DNA of 63,935 nt, filler included, from Reclinomonas americana ATCC 50394 (lineage: Eukaryota), in NCBI GenBank assembly GCA_048213135.1. It is 9 parts of 3 records of this genome, joined end to end, with 100 filler letters (N's around TTAATTAATTAA, not from the genome) between each part and the next. Parts side by side here need not be neighbours in the genome. Positions count along the whole stretch, not along the records: positions 57,994 to 63,935 come from PS015148.1; 8 more parts are not named here. One strand, given 5' to 3'. Numbering within the stretch: position 1 is the first letter of the stretch; the number at the start of each line of letters is the position of its first letter. The translations under genes were made by a program, and so were the position numbers. This document shows positions 62,930 to 63,935 of the stretch, piece by piece. Below the pieces are notes generated by a model. The model had not been told where the DNA came from and made no database searches. It was given only the letters and a program-made list of their open reading frames with translations.

Positions 62930-63935
62930 AACAACCAGCGTGAGCGCAACTCTCTCTCTGTCTCGCTCTCTTGCACGCGCGCATTTTTCCTACTTTCTCT
63001 ATCTCTCTCTCTCTCAGACACACGCACTCGCGTTCATTTTTTCTGTTGATTCCTTTGCTGTCCTCGGTGGCCTTCTCATTTTCCGCCATGCTGTCTCCCT
63101 GGCGCTCGTGAAAAGAATGTGCCTCATGATCGCCTCCACACTTATCCGGACCCGGCTTTGCTTTGTTTGCCTGGCTTCGGCCTTTCCCCGAATTCGATGT
63201 GCCGTGTACGATCGCAGAAAATGCTATGCGTCTTATGCAAGTGCGTCAAATCCACTGGTCAATCACGCTTGAGCGGTGCAGATCGCAGTTCTCGACTTGT
63301 TCACCCAAGGAACCTGCCACTGCCCTCAAGATTGGGTTGATTGATGTTTTGGATCCGGTACAGGTTGCAATTGAACTCGGTCATCAAGACGGCTGTTGCT
63401 TGTTTGCTGGTGAATGCAGTTGTTGTTAGCAGCAGCAGGTTTTCAGCTCATGTTCTCGCAATCGGAAATTCGAACAACTGCAATTATTACAAGTCGAAAA
63501 CTGCGACCCACCTTTTTTTCTTTGGTCTCCTTTCTGCAGCTGGAGTGCATGCATTTTAGGTTTCCAAGTAGGCGAACGTCACGCATGCACGTGTGTGGCA
63601 TTCAGCAAAAGTTTGCGGACAAACGACTGCGAGCATTACTGTCCCTTTCTCCGTTTGTCCATGAGCGACCACCACGAGCACGACGCCGATCACGCGCACG
63701 CGGATCACACTCACCACGAAGCAGCGCCGGCGGCTGCAGCTCCACCCGCACCCGCTGCAGAGCGCGCGCCATCTCCATCACCATCACCATCTCCGCCCGC
63801 CGCCGAACGCCCAGTCGCTGCTGCCCCGCGACCGCCAGTTGCACCTGCACCAGCAGCTGCTCCTGCCCCGCCACCGGCCGCCGCAGCTGCAGCTCCCTCA
63901 TCGAGAAAGGTGCGCGATCGGTATCTGGACATGCC

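Overview
Intron-rich, microsatellite-rich eukaryotic (protist-like) draft DNA. It has many N gaps and eight artificial 100-bp joins (44 N + TTAATTAATTAA + 44 N). Recognisable housekeeping genes are an ENA-type P-type ATPase, glycogen phosphorylase, an ABHD4/5-like hydrolase, a DUF971 exon, a class-3 lipase and a TPR protein. Three things stand out. (1) A family of at least seven small stand-alone WD40 loci. Copies with an intact 5' end have a 12-nt MATK micro-exon and an intron; the three complete second exons each carry seven ~126-bp repeats with a fixed scaffold but hypervariable top-face residues, plus a helical acidic tail. The loci are tandemly arranged with two conserved spacer types that follow two tail types. 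(2) Two spliced genes with phage or bacterial fibre architecture: a long Gly/Ser/Thr-repeat protein ending in an intact peptidase-S74 intramolecular chaperone and coiled coil, and a Gly-rich + Ig-like + cadherin-like + BNR-propeller mosaic. (3) A myxobacterial-type M36 metalloprotease fused to EGF-like repeats, next to a secreted STIG1-like Cys-repeat protein. All family calls come from motifs recognised by eye; no searches were run. Several frameshifts and two apparent inversions are probably sequencing or assembly artefacts.
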